Below are positions 40,034-50,522 of a DNA stretch of 64,000 nucleotides, in pieces (positions within the stretch are counted from its first letter, which is position 1; every line of letters begins with the position of its first letter). Position numbers and translations under genes: made by a program. Source of the DNA: an uncultured bacterium. GTDB lineage: Bacteria; Zhuqueibacterota; QNDG01; DTFT01. Location: positions 1 to 64,000 of the forward strand of contig CAVTNR010000005.1 of the NCBI GenBank assembly GCA_963736115.1, given 5' to 3'. The notes below the pieces were generated by a model. The model saw only the letters and a list, made by a program, of their open reading frames with translations. It did no database searches and was not told the DNA's origin.

Positions 40034-40981
40034 TCAGAGCAGTTCGAACATGGAGCGCAGGCCTTCGCGTGTCATGGAATCGCTGAGCGCTGATGCCAGT
40101 TCGGACGCATCCGCCTCAGTCCGGAGCAAGGCCTCGAGGCGCAGTCCAGGGGATTCCAGAGACGCATCCCAGTCCAGGACACAGAACGGCGGAAACCGCA
40201 TCCCGCTTCTCGCCCGGGTCAGGGATTCATTCCATTCCGTCAGCCGCGGCCGGCGCATCCGCTTCAGGTTATCCTTGAGCAATGCGATCCGCTCGTTCCG
40301 GTTCATCCCCGGCCGCGAATCCCCCGCGGACGCCCCGGCCAGCACCGCGTCCACCGGCCGGCTGTCGCGGCGGCCGATTTCCCATGCGGTCCGTACGATC
40401 TCAGTTAATTCCACTGGACGGAGCTGGAGTTCCGACCCCAGTTCCGCGGCCGCTTTCTGGCCGGACGGATCGAGCGTCAGGAAGAAGGACGCCTGCTTGA
40501 AAGCCGCGGGGAAACGTTCCAGATGGCGCATCAGTGAAGGCTCCAGCCCGAGAAGCCCGATGAGTTCATCAGGCGACGGGGCGGATTCGGAAAGTTCCAG
40601 CGCCTCCCCGCAACGACCGGGGATTTCCGCGTCCGGCGCTCCGGCCCGTCTGAGAATCTCCACGATCCTCGCCTTTTCGAACAGATGGAGGGGTCGAGTC
40701 GCGGCATGTTCGAGAACCGCGTCCGCGAAATGCAGCCAGACCGGTGTTTCCGGGGACAGCACACGGCCGGGCGCGGTTTCAAGCCCGGCGGCTTCGGCCG
40801 CGCGGATCCTGCTGAACCCGGCCACCGGCCGCCAGCCCCCTTCCGCGGCCAGCACGGGAATCGGATTCAGGATGCCGCTGGCGGCCACTGACCGTTCCAG
40901 ACCGGGCTTTTCCGCATCCGGAGCAAAAGCAAAAAAGAAATCCCGGAGGATTTCTTTCAAGGGGATCGCGATGACGTTCAT
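40034..40981 (-). CDS. ParB/Srx N-terminal-like domain protein
   Basis: LERSVAASGILNPI...VAGFSRIRAA...LHLFEKAR. Confidence 0.6.
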   Translation of the reverse strand: MNVIAIPLKEILRDFFFAFAPDAEKPGLERSVAASGILNPIPVLAAEGGWRPVAGFSRIRAAEAAGLETAPGRVLSPETPVWLHFADAVLEHAATRPLHLFEKARIVEILRRAGAPDAEIPGRCGEALELSESAPSPDELIGLLGLEPSLMRHLERFPAAFKQASFFLTLDPSGQKAAAELGSELQLRPVELTEIVRTAWEIGRRDSRPVDAVLAGASAGDSRPGMNRNERIALLKDNLKRMRRPRLTEWNESLTRARSGMRFPPFCVLDWDASLESPGLRLEALLRTEADASELASALSDSMTREGLRSMFELL

Positions 40982-40985
40982 GGGG

Positions 40986-42146
<1,161 letters not shown>

Positions 42147-42187
42147 GAAACCGATCCTCTCCTATGAGTCGTTCAGGCCGGGCCGGC

Positions 42188-42844
42188 CTATTCCCCGGTG
42201 AGCGCCCGGAGCCTGCCGACCGTGATTTCCTCCATGGACCGGACCACCCAGTCGGCCGGGGTCAAATCCTGGCCCGTGCTGTTCGGATTGCGGAATCCCA
42301 CACAGAACATGCCGGCCGACTTGGCCGCGGCCACGCCGTTCGTCGAATCCTCGATGACCACGCACTGTCCGGGATGGACCCCGAGCCTGGCGGCCGCTTC
42401 GAGGAATATGTCCGGATGCGGTTTCGATCGGGCCGCATCGTCTCCCGATACAACTGCCGTAAAACGGTCAGCGAGACCGGTCTGCGACAGAACGAGTTGC
42501 GCCAGCTCGCGGTTTGAACTGGTTCCGACCGCGATCGGAACTCCGGCCCCGGACAGGGTCCGGATCAGATTGAAAGTCCCTGGAACCGGAGGGACTCCCT
42601 CTCCGAAAAGACGGAGGAGGTTCGATTTATATGAAGCATATAAAACGTCAAAGGTAACGTTTAAGTGATAACGCTCAATAAAACGCGTCATGAGTAGGCT
42701 TGCCTCGGTTCCCATATAGGAATCGAGTTCTCCATCGGTCAATGCAATGCCGAAGGGAGCCAGGGTAACGCGTTCGGTTTTCTTATGGAGCGGTTCTGTG
42801 TCTACGATCACTCCATCCATATCGAAAATGACTGCCTGGAACAG
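42188..42844 (-). CDS. HAD family phosphatase (beta-PGM-like); probable CTG start
   Basis: IFDMDGVIVDTE, GTSS, KPHPDIF, IEDSTNG; GGAGGA RBS before CTG 42844. Confidence 0.88.
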   Translation of the reverse strand: MFQAVIFDMDGVIVDTEPLHKKTERVTLAPFGIALTDGELDSYMGTEASLLMTRFIERYHLNVTFDVLYASYKSNLLRLFGEGVPPVPGTFNLIRTLSGAGVPIAVGTSSNRELAQLVLSQTGLADRFTAVVSGDDAARSKPHPDIFLEAAARLGVHPGQCVVIEDSTNGVAAAKSAGMFCVGFRNPNSTGQDLTPADWVVRSMEEITVGRLRALTGE

Positions 42845-42919
42845 GACTCCTCCAAAATCACCGCAAAAAAAAACAACCCACCGATCGGTGGGCCGAAACT
42901 CCAGGCGGCGTGGACGCTG

Positions 42920-43005
42920 TACCGGGAGCCGGAATCGAACCGGCACGCCCCTTGCGGGACAAGGGATTTTAAGTCCCTTGCGTCTACCTATTCCGCCATC
43001 CCGGC
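42920..43005 (-). tRNA. tRNA-Leu (TAA)
   Basis: AGGGA-ctTAAaa-TCCCT, long variable arm, GTTCGATT. Confidence 0.95.
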
Positions 43006-43013
43006 CGATTCAT

Positions 43014-43089
43014 TGGAGGCGGCGAGCGGAGTCGAACCGCTGAATAAAGGTTTTGCAGACCTTCGCCTTAGCCACTTGGCTACGCCGCC
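43014..43089 (-). tRNA. tRNA-Cys (GCA)
   Basis: AAGGT-ctGCAaa-ACCTT; CCA encoded. Confidence 0.95.
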
Positions 43090-43094
43090 CTGTT

Positions 43095-43170
43095 TGGAGC
43101 GGGAAACGGGACTTGAACCCGCGACATTCACGTTGGCAACGTGACGCTCTACCAACTGAGCTATTCCCGC
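43095..43170 (-). tRNA. tRNA-Gly (GCC)
   Basis: GCGGGAA/TTCCCGC, CACG-ttGCCaa-CGTG, CCA; conserved Gly-Cys-Leu order. Confidence 0.96.
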
Positions 43171-43190
43171 TTGTGTGACTCTCGGGCTGT

Positions 43191-43218
43191 AATTTAATAA
43201 ATTTCGGCGGTTTGTCAA
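43191..43218 (-). promoter_or_regulatory. Promoter of the tRNA Gly-Cys-Leu operon
   Basis: TTGACA-16 nt-TAAATT. Confidence 0.6.
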
Positions 43219-43239
43219 GGATTAATTTAGGGGAAAACG

Positions 43240-43416
43240 CTATTTTTTCAACTGACCGACCGTGAAAAAGCTGTAAAGGTTGGGGCCGCATCCGTTCGGG
43301 CATTTATAGGAACGGAATAGTTCCAGACATTGTTCATAGGTCTGAACCGGTGTTTTATGAACGGTTTTGCATTTCTCGCAGACAATCACGAGTTCCTGAT
43401 AGGTGACTTCCTCCAT
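43240..43416 (-). CDS. Small Cys-rich (zinc-ribbon-like) protein, 58 aa
   Basis: CEKC...CPNGC; purine-rich RBS. Confidence 0.7.
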   Translation of the reverse strand: MEEVTYQELVIVCEKCKTVHKTPVQTYEQCLELFRSYKCPNGCGPNLYSFFTVGQLKK

Positions 43417-43541
43417 TTGTTTCCTCTCCCCCCTCAATTTCTTTATTATAAATATTTTAAGTAATAATTTTCAAAAAGTCAAGAAAAAAATGAATGTTTT
43501 TCGATTTCACGGAATAATATGAAACCCTGAGGATAAATTTC

Positions 43542-45308
43542 TCAGTTCTTTCCATTTGCATGCAATGCCGCCCGCCGCAGTTCCTCTTTTGCCTCTTCCA
43601 GCGTGAGCACGTCTGTCCGAATCGGAATGCCCCGGCTCTTGAATGACTCCATTGCGGCAGAAGCCGAAAGTGTGCCGAGACCGACCCGTTCCGGCTGATC
43701 GGAAAAAAAGAAGGGCCTCACGGGCCCGTCGTATCGCACGCGTCCCTTTTCAAGCAGAATCACCCTTTCCGCGAGACGGGCCACCAGATCCATGTCATGC
43801 GAGATGAACAGAACGGAACGGCCGGAACCGTGAAACCCTGACAGTATGGATTCCACGCGGATGGACGACTCCCAGTCCAGACCGGCCGTGGGTTCGTCGA
43901 GAACGATCCACTCGGGCTCCATGGCGAACACGCCGGCCAGCGCCGCCCGGCGCTTCTCCCCGCCGCTGAGGTGAAATGGCGAGCGGTTCCGGTACGCGTT
44001 GAAAGACAGACCCACACGCTCCATGGCCTCGGCCACAGCCGACTCCAGACGACTGCCGGAGAGGCCGAGGTTTTTCGGACCGAAGGCCACATCCGCGAAT
44101 ACAGTCTCTTCGAAAAGCTGCGTCTCCGGCAGTTGAAAGACCAGCCCGATCCTGCGCCGCACCTCGTTCAGGTCAGTCCGTCTGTCCGACAGGTTCAGGC
44201 CGTCCAGCAGGACCGCGCCGGACGACGGTCGGAGGAGGCCGTTCAGGTGCTGAATGAGCGTGGTTTTCCCGGATCCGGACGGTCCCACGAGTGCGACGGA
44301 TTCGCCCGATCCGAAGACCGCGGACACATCGTCCAGCGCGTTTCGGGTTTCGATAAACGGGGATCGGTAGGAATAGGAAAGATTTTCAAGTCGGACGTTG
44401 AACAATCTCGCCGCTAGCGGCGGGGGATCACAAGGGATTCGGATGATGGACGCCGCGAGGGAATGTGAACTCGACTCGTCGAGGCCGCCAGAAGCCCCCG
44501 TTTGTGAATCATTATTTTGGGATGGATAAGGACCGGGCTTCTGGCGACCCGATTCAGAGCGAAGACCCTCCCAGAAAACCTCGAGGCTGACCGATGCGGG
44601 AACGCCGACCGCGGCTGCCCGGCACAACCCGGCGTCCCGGAATCCGGTTTCGGCCGGGCCGTCGAATACGAGCGCCCCTTCACGGAGCAGGAGGAGACGG
44701 CCGCAGAAAAGGGCCTCGTCCGGATACTGGGTGACGATGAGGAATCCCGCTTCCGGCCGCTCCGTCACGAAACGCCGGATTTCCGCGCGGCCTTCAGGGT
44801 CGAGAAGCGATGTGGGTTCGTCCAGCACGTAATACGCGGGTTCCATGACCCAGACCGAGGCCAGCGCGAGCCGCTGGCGTTCGCCGCCGGAGAGCAGATG
44901 CGGGGGATGCGTCCGGACCGGATCGAGCCGGAACCGCCGGAGCGCCTCTTCCACGCGACGGACGATGTCCTCCGTATGGATGCCGAGGTTCTCGGGGCCG
45001 AATGCGATTTCCCGCTCGACCGTGGTCGAGACGATCTGGTCGTCCGGGTTCTGGAAAACCAGGCCGATGCGCCTGCGCAGAGGCATCAGGTCCCCGGGCC
45101 GAAGCACGGAAAAACCGTCGACGCGGACGTCCCCGGCGGACGGATGGAGCAGGCCGTCGATGCACCGAACCAGGGTCGTCTTGCCGGATCCGTTCGATCC
45201 CATGAGCGCGATCCGCTCGCCCGGCGAGATCCGGAACGAAACACCCCGGAGCGCGGGTGTGGATTCGGCTCCGGGGTAGACGGCCTGCAGACCCGCAACT
45301 TCAAGCAC
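43542..45308 (-). CDS. Fused ECF transporter ATPase (EcfA-EcfA')
   Basis: Two Walker A motifs (GSNGSGKT, GPSGSGKT), two LSGGE, FQNPDDQ/FQLPETQ; GTG start overlaps the waaA 3' end. Confidence 0.9.
   Translation of the reverse strand: MLEVAGLQAVYPGAESTPALRGVSFRISPGERIALMGSNGSGKTTLVRCIDGLLHPSAGDVRVDGFSVLRPGDLMPLRRRIGLVFQNPDDQIVSTTVEREIAFGPENLGIHTEDIVRRVEEALRRFRLDPVRTHPPHLLSGGERQRLALASVWVMEPAYYVLDEPTSLLDPEGRAEIRRFVTERPEAGFLIVTQYPDEALFCGRLLLLREGALVFDGPAETGFRDAGLCRAAAVGVPASVSLEVFWEGLRSESGRQKPGPYPSQNNDSQTGASGGLDESSSHSLAASIIRIPCDPPPLAARLFNVRLENLSYSYRSPFIETRNALDDVSAVFGSGESVALVGPSGSGKTTLIQHLNGLLRPSSGAVLLDGLNLSDRRTDLNEVRRRIGLVFQLPETQLFEETVFADVAFGPKNLGLSGSRLESAVAEAMERVGLSFNAYRNRSPFHLSGGEKRRAALAGVFAMEPEWIVLDEPTAGLDWESSIRVESILSGFHGSGRSVLFISHDMDLVARLAERVILLEKGRVRYDGPVRPFFFSDQPERVGLGTLSASAAMESFKSRGIPIRTDVLTLEEAKEELRRAALHANGKN
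44398..44557. mobile_element. Decayed palindromic element forming the linker of the fused ECF ATPase
   Basis: TTGAACAATCTCGCCGCTAGCGGCGGGGGATC...GCCGCGAGGGAATG resembles the 57311-57426 element; internal inverted repeat GCCGCCAGAAGCCC/GGGCTTCTGGCGAC. Confidence 0.55.
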
Positions 45309-46602
45309 GCGGTTTGACCCGTTCTTCCAGTCGACGCACGATGCGGTCCGTGGCGCCGACATTCTCTCGCACCAGGGCCAGCGCGGACGCGCCCGCCTTC
45401 TTGAGAATACCGGGGTCGTCGATCATGGGCCGGAGGACGCGGAGAAAGGAATCCGCGTCCCGGACGAGGAATCCGCCGCCGCGCGATTCGAGCTGACCGG
45501 CCTCGTGGGAATTCCTGCACCGGGGTCCGAAAAAAACCGGGATTCCGAAAGCCGCGGGCTCGAGCACGCTGTGCACCCCGGGCCCGAATCCGCCGCCGAC
45601 AAAGGCGGCGTCCGCCAGGGCGTAGAGGCCCGCGAGAATGCCGATGCGGTCCACCAGGAGCACGTCGAAAGCGCCGCCGGACGCGGCCTGAAGACCCGAA
45701 AGCCGGACACAGCGGAGTCCCGCGCCGGCGCACTGGGATTCAACATTTTCCAGGTGCTCCGCGGTGGGCTCATGCGGCACCCACACCGACCAGACCCTGC
45801 GTTTTTCCGCGGCAAGCGCCTTGAGCACCGGCTCGATCACGGCCTCGTCCGTGGGCCAGGTGCTGCCGAACACGATTCCGAAACGCTCCTGCTTCAGCGG
45901 CCGTAGAGGTCCGGCCACGGCATCGGCATTCTCCGTCCGACGCACGACCTGGTCATAGCGCGTGTCCCCCGCCACCTCGGGCTGGACCGACGCCAGTCGG
46001 AATTTCCCGCTCACATCCGCGGTCTGTTCCGAAACCGCGAGCACATGGTCAAAGGGCCGGACGCACATGCGGAGCGTGCCCCGGGTCCAGAACCGGCGGT
46101 ACGCCGCCTCGGAACGGAGCGAGAAGTTGATCAGAAACGCGGGAATGCCCCGCCGCTTGAGCTCGGCGGTGTGGTTCGGCCATATGTCGTGACGCACCAC
46201 GATTCCGGCATCCGGCCTGATAATGGAGAGGAAACGGCCGGCGTTCCGCCTGGAGTCAAAGGGGATATAGGTCAGGAGATCGGCGCCGGGAAAAGACCGG
46301 ACATTCTCGTACCCGGAGGGAGAGAAGAAACTGACCGCGATGAAGGCGGCCGGAAACCGGGCTCGCAGTCCGGCGATGACGGGTTTGGCCTGCTCGAACT
46401 CGCCCATGGAACTGGTGTGTATCCAGAAACGGGGGGAACGGCCGGAAAATCCGGCGGTTTCCGATTCGAGGCGGCTGAAAAGCCCCCTGCGGCCTTTCAA
46501 TCCGCGTCGGATCTTGGGATTGACCAGCGCACCCAGGAACAGCGCGAACCGGAGCATCGGCAGTACTGCCGCGTTGTATACCGCGAAATAGAAGGAATCC
46601 AT
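45301..46602 (-). CDS. waaA: 3-deoxy-D-manno-octulosonic acid (Kdo) transferase
   Basis: WIHTSSMGEFEQ, YIPFD, GDTRYD, GSTW, VPHE, AFVGGGF, HSVLEPAAFG. Confidence 0.93.
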   Translation of the reverse strand: MDSFYFAVYNAAVLPMLRFALFLGALVNPKIRRGLKGRRGLFSRLESETAGFSGRSPRFWIHTSSMGEFEQAKPVIAGLRARFPAAFIAVSFFSPSGYENVRSFPGADLLTYIPFDSRRNAGRFLSIIRPDAGIVVRHDIWPNHTAELKRRGIPAFLINFSLRSEAAYRRFWTRGTLRMCVRPFDHVLAVSEQTADVSGKFRLASVQPEVAGDTRYDQVVRRTENADAVAGPLRPLKQERFGIVFGSTWPTDEAVIEPVLKALAAEKRRVWSVWVPHEPTAEHLENVESQCAGAGLRCVRLSGLQAASGGAFDVLLVDRIGILAGLYALADAAFVGGGFGPGVHSVLEPAAFGIPVFFGPRCRNSHEAGQLESRGGGFLVRDADSFLRVLRPMIDDPGILKKAGASALALVRENVGATDRIVRRLEERVKPRA

Positions 46603-47687
46603 CAGTTCTCCGGAATCAGTACCCGTTCGGCCGCGGACAGCACCTCCGCGGGTTCGATGTCCAGCATACAGCGGAAATGCCCCTGCGGACAGCGGTCGGT
46701 GCCGTGGTAGGAGCAGGGCCTGCACGCGAGCGGCTTCTCGACCACCGCGGAGGGCGCGCGGAACGGGAAAAAGCCGAAATGACGCGTCGTCGGGCCGAAG
46801 ACCGCGACGCAGGGGACCCGCAGAGCCGTGGCCATATGCATGAGCCCGGTGTCATTGGTGACCAGCAGACCGGATCGGCTGATCAGCGCGGCCGTGCCGG
46901 CCAGGGAGAAAACGCCGCTCAAATCCACCGCGGATCCGCCCGCGCTTTTCAGCGCCTCCGTGCAGGCCGTTTTGTCCGCCTCTCCCCCGATGAAAACGGC
47001 CGCGTATCCCCTGGAAATAAAGGCTGAGGCGACTGCGCCGAAACGTTCCGCGGGCCAGCGTTTGGTGGCGCGGCCCGCTCCGGGCGCCAGCGCGATGAGC
47101 GGCCTGTCGCCGGCGATCCCGGCCGATTCCAACCGGCCGGAGACGGCCGCCGTCTCTTCCGGATCCATATACAGATCAGGCCCTTTCCCGTCATCCCGGG
47201 CGCCGATCACGGAGGCCGCGGCCAGGTATTTCAACGGCACGGCCAGGATATCCCCGTACCGATCGCGGCGGCAACGCACCAGCAGGAACCGCTTCCAACG
47301 GCCGATTTTCACCGTGCCGCGGTCAGACGCGCCTGAGAGCAGACTCAGGAAACGGCTGCGCCAGCTGTTCTGCAGGTCGATCACCGCATCATACCGGCCG
47401 GCGCGGACGGCCCGCACCATATCCGCAAGACCCGCCCCGTCCCTGCCCCCGAACCCCAGCACGCGGCCGACGGACGGGTGGTTCCGAACCAGAGGAATAT
47501 AATCCGACTTGGCGAGAAAATCAATCCGCCCGGCCCCGCAGGCCGCGGCCGCGGCCCGAATGACCGGTGTGGCGAGGATCACATCGCCCATCGCGCCGAA
47601 CCGGATCAGAAGCACGCGCTTCGCCCGCGGGATCTCATTCGCGGCGGGCGGCATCCGGTATCCCGAGTCTGCGGCGGAACCTGTCAA
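46602..47687 (-). CDS. waaF: Glycosyltransferase family 9 (LPS heptosyltransferase II-like)
   Basis: IRFGAMGDV, APGA...KRWP, TNDTGLMHMA, FGPT. Confidence 0.85.
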   Translation of the reverse strand: MTGSAADSGYRMPPAANEIPRAKRVLLIRFGAMGDVILATPVIRAAAAACGAGRIDFLAKSDYIPLVRNHPSVGRVLGFGGRDGAGLADMVRAVRAGRYDAVIDLQNSWRSRFLSLLSGASDRGTVKIGRWKRFLLVRCRRDRYGDILAVPLKYLAAASVIGARDDGKGPDLYMDPEETAAVSGRLESAGIAGDRPLIALAPGAGRATKRWPAERFGAVASAFISRGYAAVFIGGEADKTACTEALKSAGGSAVDLSGVFSLAGTAALISRSGLLVTNDTGLMHMATALRVPCVAVFGPTTRHFGFFPFRAPSAVVEKPLACRPCSYHGTDRCPQGHFRCMLDIEPAEVLSAAERVLIPEN

Positions 47688-47730
47688 TTCTGTTTTTCAG
47701 TCCGAAACCCTTTTTATCCGGAGAGCCTCT

Positions 47731-47830
47731 TGTCCGATAGCCTCGTAAAAAGCTTGCCCCGGACTTGATCCGGGGACGCTCGGCATATCGGACCTGCAAC
47801 TTTTTAACTCGGAACGCGGAACTCGGAACT
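47731..47830. repeat. Second copy of the GTAG-REP-like element plus a heptamer arm
   Basis: Near-identical to 16480-16550; followed by AACTC GGAACGC GGAACTC GGAACT. Confidence 0.85.
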
Positions 47831-48869
47831 AATCCATCGCGTCATACCGGTTCTTCAGCCCGGAGGAAATCTTCTGGCGCACGACGCCGTCCTCCTCGGT
47901 CATGACGATGCCCTCGACGTGCGGCAGGCTCTCGATGACCGCCAGGGCCGTGTCCGGATGGAGCGTGAACAAACCCGTGGCCAGGGCGTCGGCATCCAAT
48001 GCGGCCGGAGCCACCACGGTCACGCTGATGCATCCGGACTCAGCCGGAAACCCGGTCCTCGGATCGAGGATGTGGCAGTAGCGCTTTCCATTCTCCATGA
48101 AAACCCGCTCGTAATCGCCGGATGTGGCCACCGCCTCCTCTTCGAGTTGGATCACCCCGATGAGGCGGCCTTCCGGGTCGCGCGGATTCTTGACGCCGAT
48201 GCGCCAGCGCGGACGCTCCGGATGCCGGCCGAAAGCCGCGAGATCGCCAGTGGCCTCCACGATGCCGGAACGGACGCCGCTGCGGCGCAGGGACCGCACG
48301 GCCAGATCGATCAGGTATCCCTCTCCGAGACCGCCAAGGTCCATGGACGCGCCGCTGTTCTTCAGAAAAACGGTTCCGTCCCCGAGCTCGAGCTGACGCA
48401 TTCCTGAGACCCGGAGCCGTCGATTCAACGCGGCTTTGCCCGGGACGGCCGGGCGGTCCGTTCCGAATCCCCAGAGGATTTTAAGCCCTCCCAGAACGGC
48501 GTCGTATCCGCCGCGGGTCAGGCGCGACGCTTCAACGGCTTTGTCGATCAAGCCGCGGGTTTCAGGCCTGACCGCCACCGGCCGTTTGCCGGCCGCGGCA
48601 TTCACGCGAGCGATGTCACTGGTGTCCACATGCGCCGTGGTTCGTCCCTCGGCCGCACGCATTTCCCGGATGCATCGCTGAACAGCCGCCCGGGCGCCGG
48701 TTTCTCCGGAATCCGCTTCGTAAACCGTGATCTTAACGTGGGTGTCAACCAGAAAAGCTTCAGCGTTCACCGGAGAAGCGAGGCGGCCCCTCCGGCATCC
48801 CGGCTGGCTGGCCAGAAAGACCGATAGAATGAGAAGCACAACCTGATGCCGTTGAATCGATGCGATCAT
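47829..48869 (-). CDS. apbE: FAD:protein FMN transferase (ApbE) lipoprotein
   Basis: MDLGGLGEGY, WRIGVKNP, VATSGDYER, HILDPRTG, ADALAT. Confidence 0.92.
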   Translation of the reverse strand: MIASIQRHQVVLLILSVFLASQPGCRRGRLASPVNAEAFLVDTHVKITVYEADSGETGARAAVQRCIREMRAAEGRTTAHVDTSDIARVNAAAGKRPVAVRPETRGLIDKAVEASRLTRGGYDAVLGGLKILWGFGTDRPAVPGKAALNRRLRVSGMRQLELGDGTVFLKNSGASMDLGGLGEGYLIDLAVRSLRRSGVRSGIVEATGDLAAFGRHPERPRWRIGVKNPRDPEGRLIGVIQLEEEAVATSGDYERVFMENGKRYCHILDPRTGFPAESGCISVTVVAPAALDADALATGLFTLHPDTALAVIESLPHVEGIVMTEEDGVVRQKISSGLKNRYDAMD

Positions 48870-49942
48870 CAATGGCCTTCCCCGGCCCGCCGGAGCGCGC
48901 CGAAGCCGGTGCGTTCGGAATTCCGCTCCGGCTCCGGGAAATCCTCTTCCGGGTGGAAGGCCGTTCCGGTCCGGCCGGAAGCCGACCGGCCGCAGAGTAG
49001 AACCAGACCGGATCGGCAAACGGATTCCGGCAGTCCGGACAGCTGCCGGACCGCTTCGCCGAGCTCCGCAACCGCCCTCCTCTCGGCCGCCTCAGCGCCG
49101 CCATGACGCAGGATGAACGCGTGAATCCACGCGACGTCCGTGGCGTTCCGCCTTTCCATGCGGCGCAGGCACGCTTTCCGATCCGCGGCGCCGGATGCCC
49201 CGAGGCTGTAGACCAGGGGGAGCGTCCATCTCCCGCCGCCCGCATCCTGTCCGACCGGTTTACCGAGCAATTTCGCGTTTCCCGTGACGTCCTGAATGTC
49301 GTCCCGGATCTGATAGGCGAGGCCGAAATGACGGCCATACCGGCCCAGCGCACGGACCCGATTTTCGTCGGCGCCGGCCAGGCGGCCGCCGAGTTCGCAG
49401 GCCGTCTCCATCAGGCACGCGGTCTTGCCGAAGGCGACATCAAGCGCTTCCGCTTCGGAAGCCGCGGAAGCATTGCCGGACGCCGCCTGCTTCAGTTCCG
49501 CGGCCGTCATGGCAAGCAGGGCGCGGGACAGGGCCGGCAGGACGAAAGGCTCGGGACGGCTGATCGCCAGGGACAGCGTCTTCGCCATGAGGTAGTCGCC
49601 GGACAGGACGGAAAACCGGTTGCCTTCGGCCGCGTTCAGGCTTTTCAGCCCGCGCCGCCTGTCCGTTCCGTCCACCACATCATCATGGAGGAGGCTCGCG
49701 ATATGCAGGAGTTCGATGAGGACGGCAAAGCCGGGTACCGGCGGCCGTTCCGGATCCGCGGCGCCCTGGGCAAGCAGATGGAGCAGGGGTCGGAGCCGTT
49801 TGCCGGAAAGCAGGAGCGATGCCTTCAGCGCCGGATAGCCGGCGCTTTCCGCGGCGTCGAGCGACACGATGAATTCGGTTTCAAATCGCTCCAGCGCCGA
49901 AGCGACCGGAGCCGAAGCCTTCCGGAGCACGGCCGTGTTCAA
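48869..49942 (-). CDS. Polyprenyl diphosphate synthase (start uncertain)
   Basis: GKRLRP, HIASLLHDDVVD..RRG, KTA, QIRDDIQD, GKPVGQD. Confidence 0.9.
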   Translation of the reverse strand: MNTAVLRKASAPVASALERFETEFIVSLDAAESAGYPALKASLLLSGKRLRPLLHLLAQGAADPERPPVPGFAVLIELLHIASLLHDDVVDGTDRRRGLKSLNAAEGNRFSVLSGDYLMAKTLSLAISRPEPFVLPALSRALLAMTAAELKQAASGNASAASEAEALDVAFGKTACLMETACELGGRLAGADENRVRALGRYGRHFGLAYQIRDDIQDVTGNAKLLGKPVGQDAGGGRWTLPLVYSLGASGAADRKACLRRMERRNATDVAWIHAFILRHGGAEAAERRAVAELGEAVRQLSGLPESVCRSGLVLLCGRSASGRTGTAFHPEEDFPEPERNSERTGFGALRRAGEGH

Positions 49943-50105
49943 GCCGCGGTTCCGGGCTGACGCGACCGCCTGGGAATCGATGTCCGTCCTCCGGCGGATC
50001 CGGTTGTCCCGGCCGGCCGGTCCCACGCTGCCGCGGGAACCGCCCCTACGAAAACGGGCGGGTCCATTCCCCGCCCGTTGACCGCCGGAAATGCCGGAAA
50101 CCGGT

Positions 50106-50450
50106 TTATTTCGACCCGAAGGAGGCGACCGCCTCGTCGACCGTTTCATAGGTTTCGAATAACGTGATGAGTTTGGTGATCACGAACAGATTCTTGACTT
50201 TCTCCGTGACGCCGGTGACCCGCATCTCTCCGCCCGCGTTCCGGATCGACGTGAGGCATCCCATGAGCATGCCCAGGCCCGAACTGTTGATCCAGGCCAC
50301 GCCGGACAGATCAATCACCACATTCGCTTTCTTCAGGCCGACCAGCTCGCGGACCTTTTCATGAACCGCCAGCGTCTCGGGACCGCCCATCAGGTTTCCC
50401 TTGACGAGAAGTACGGCCGCAGTGCCCTGTTCTTTCACGTCCACTTTCAT
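50106..50450 (-). CDS. STAS domain anti-sigma-factor antagonist
   Basis: IDLSGVAWINSSGLG. Confidence 0.92.
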   Translation of the reverse strand: MKVDVKEQGTAAVLLVKGNLMGGPETLAVHEKVRELVGLKKANVVIDLSGVAWINSSGLGMLMGCLTSIRNAGGEMRVTGVTEKVKNLFVITKLITLFETYETVDEAVASFGSK

Positions 50451-50522
50451 AAATGCCTCCGATGCACATCATCCAATTCCCGGGAAATGTAGCCTATTTA
50501 GCCGAAAATTACAAGAGGTTTC

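Noticed and set aside
42785-43303. ORFs overlapping the tRNA cluster
   Set aside because: Explained by the tRNA-Gly/Cys/Leu genes.
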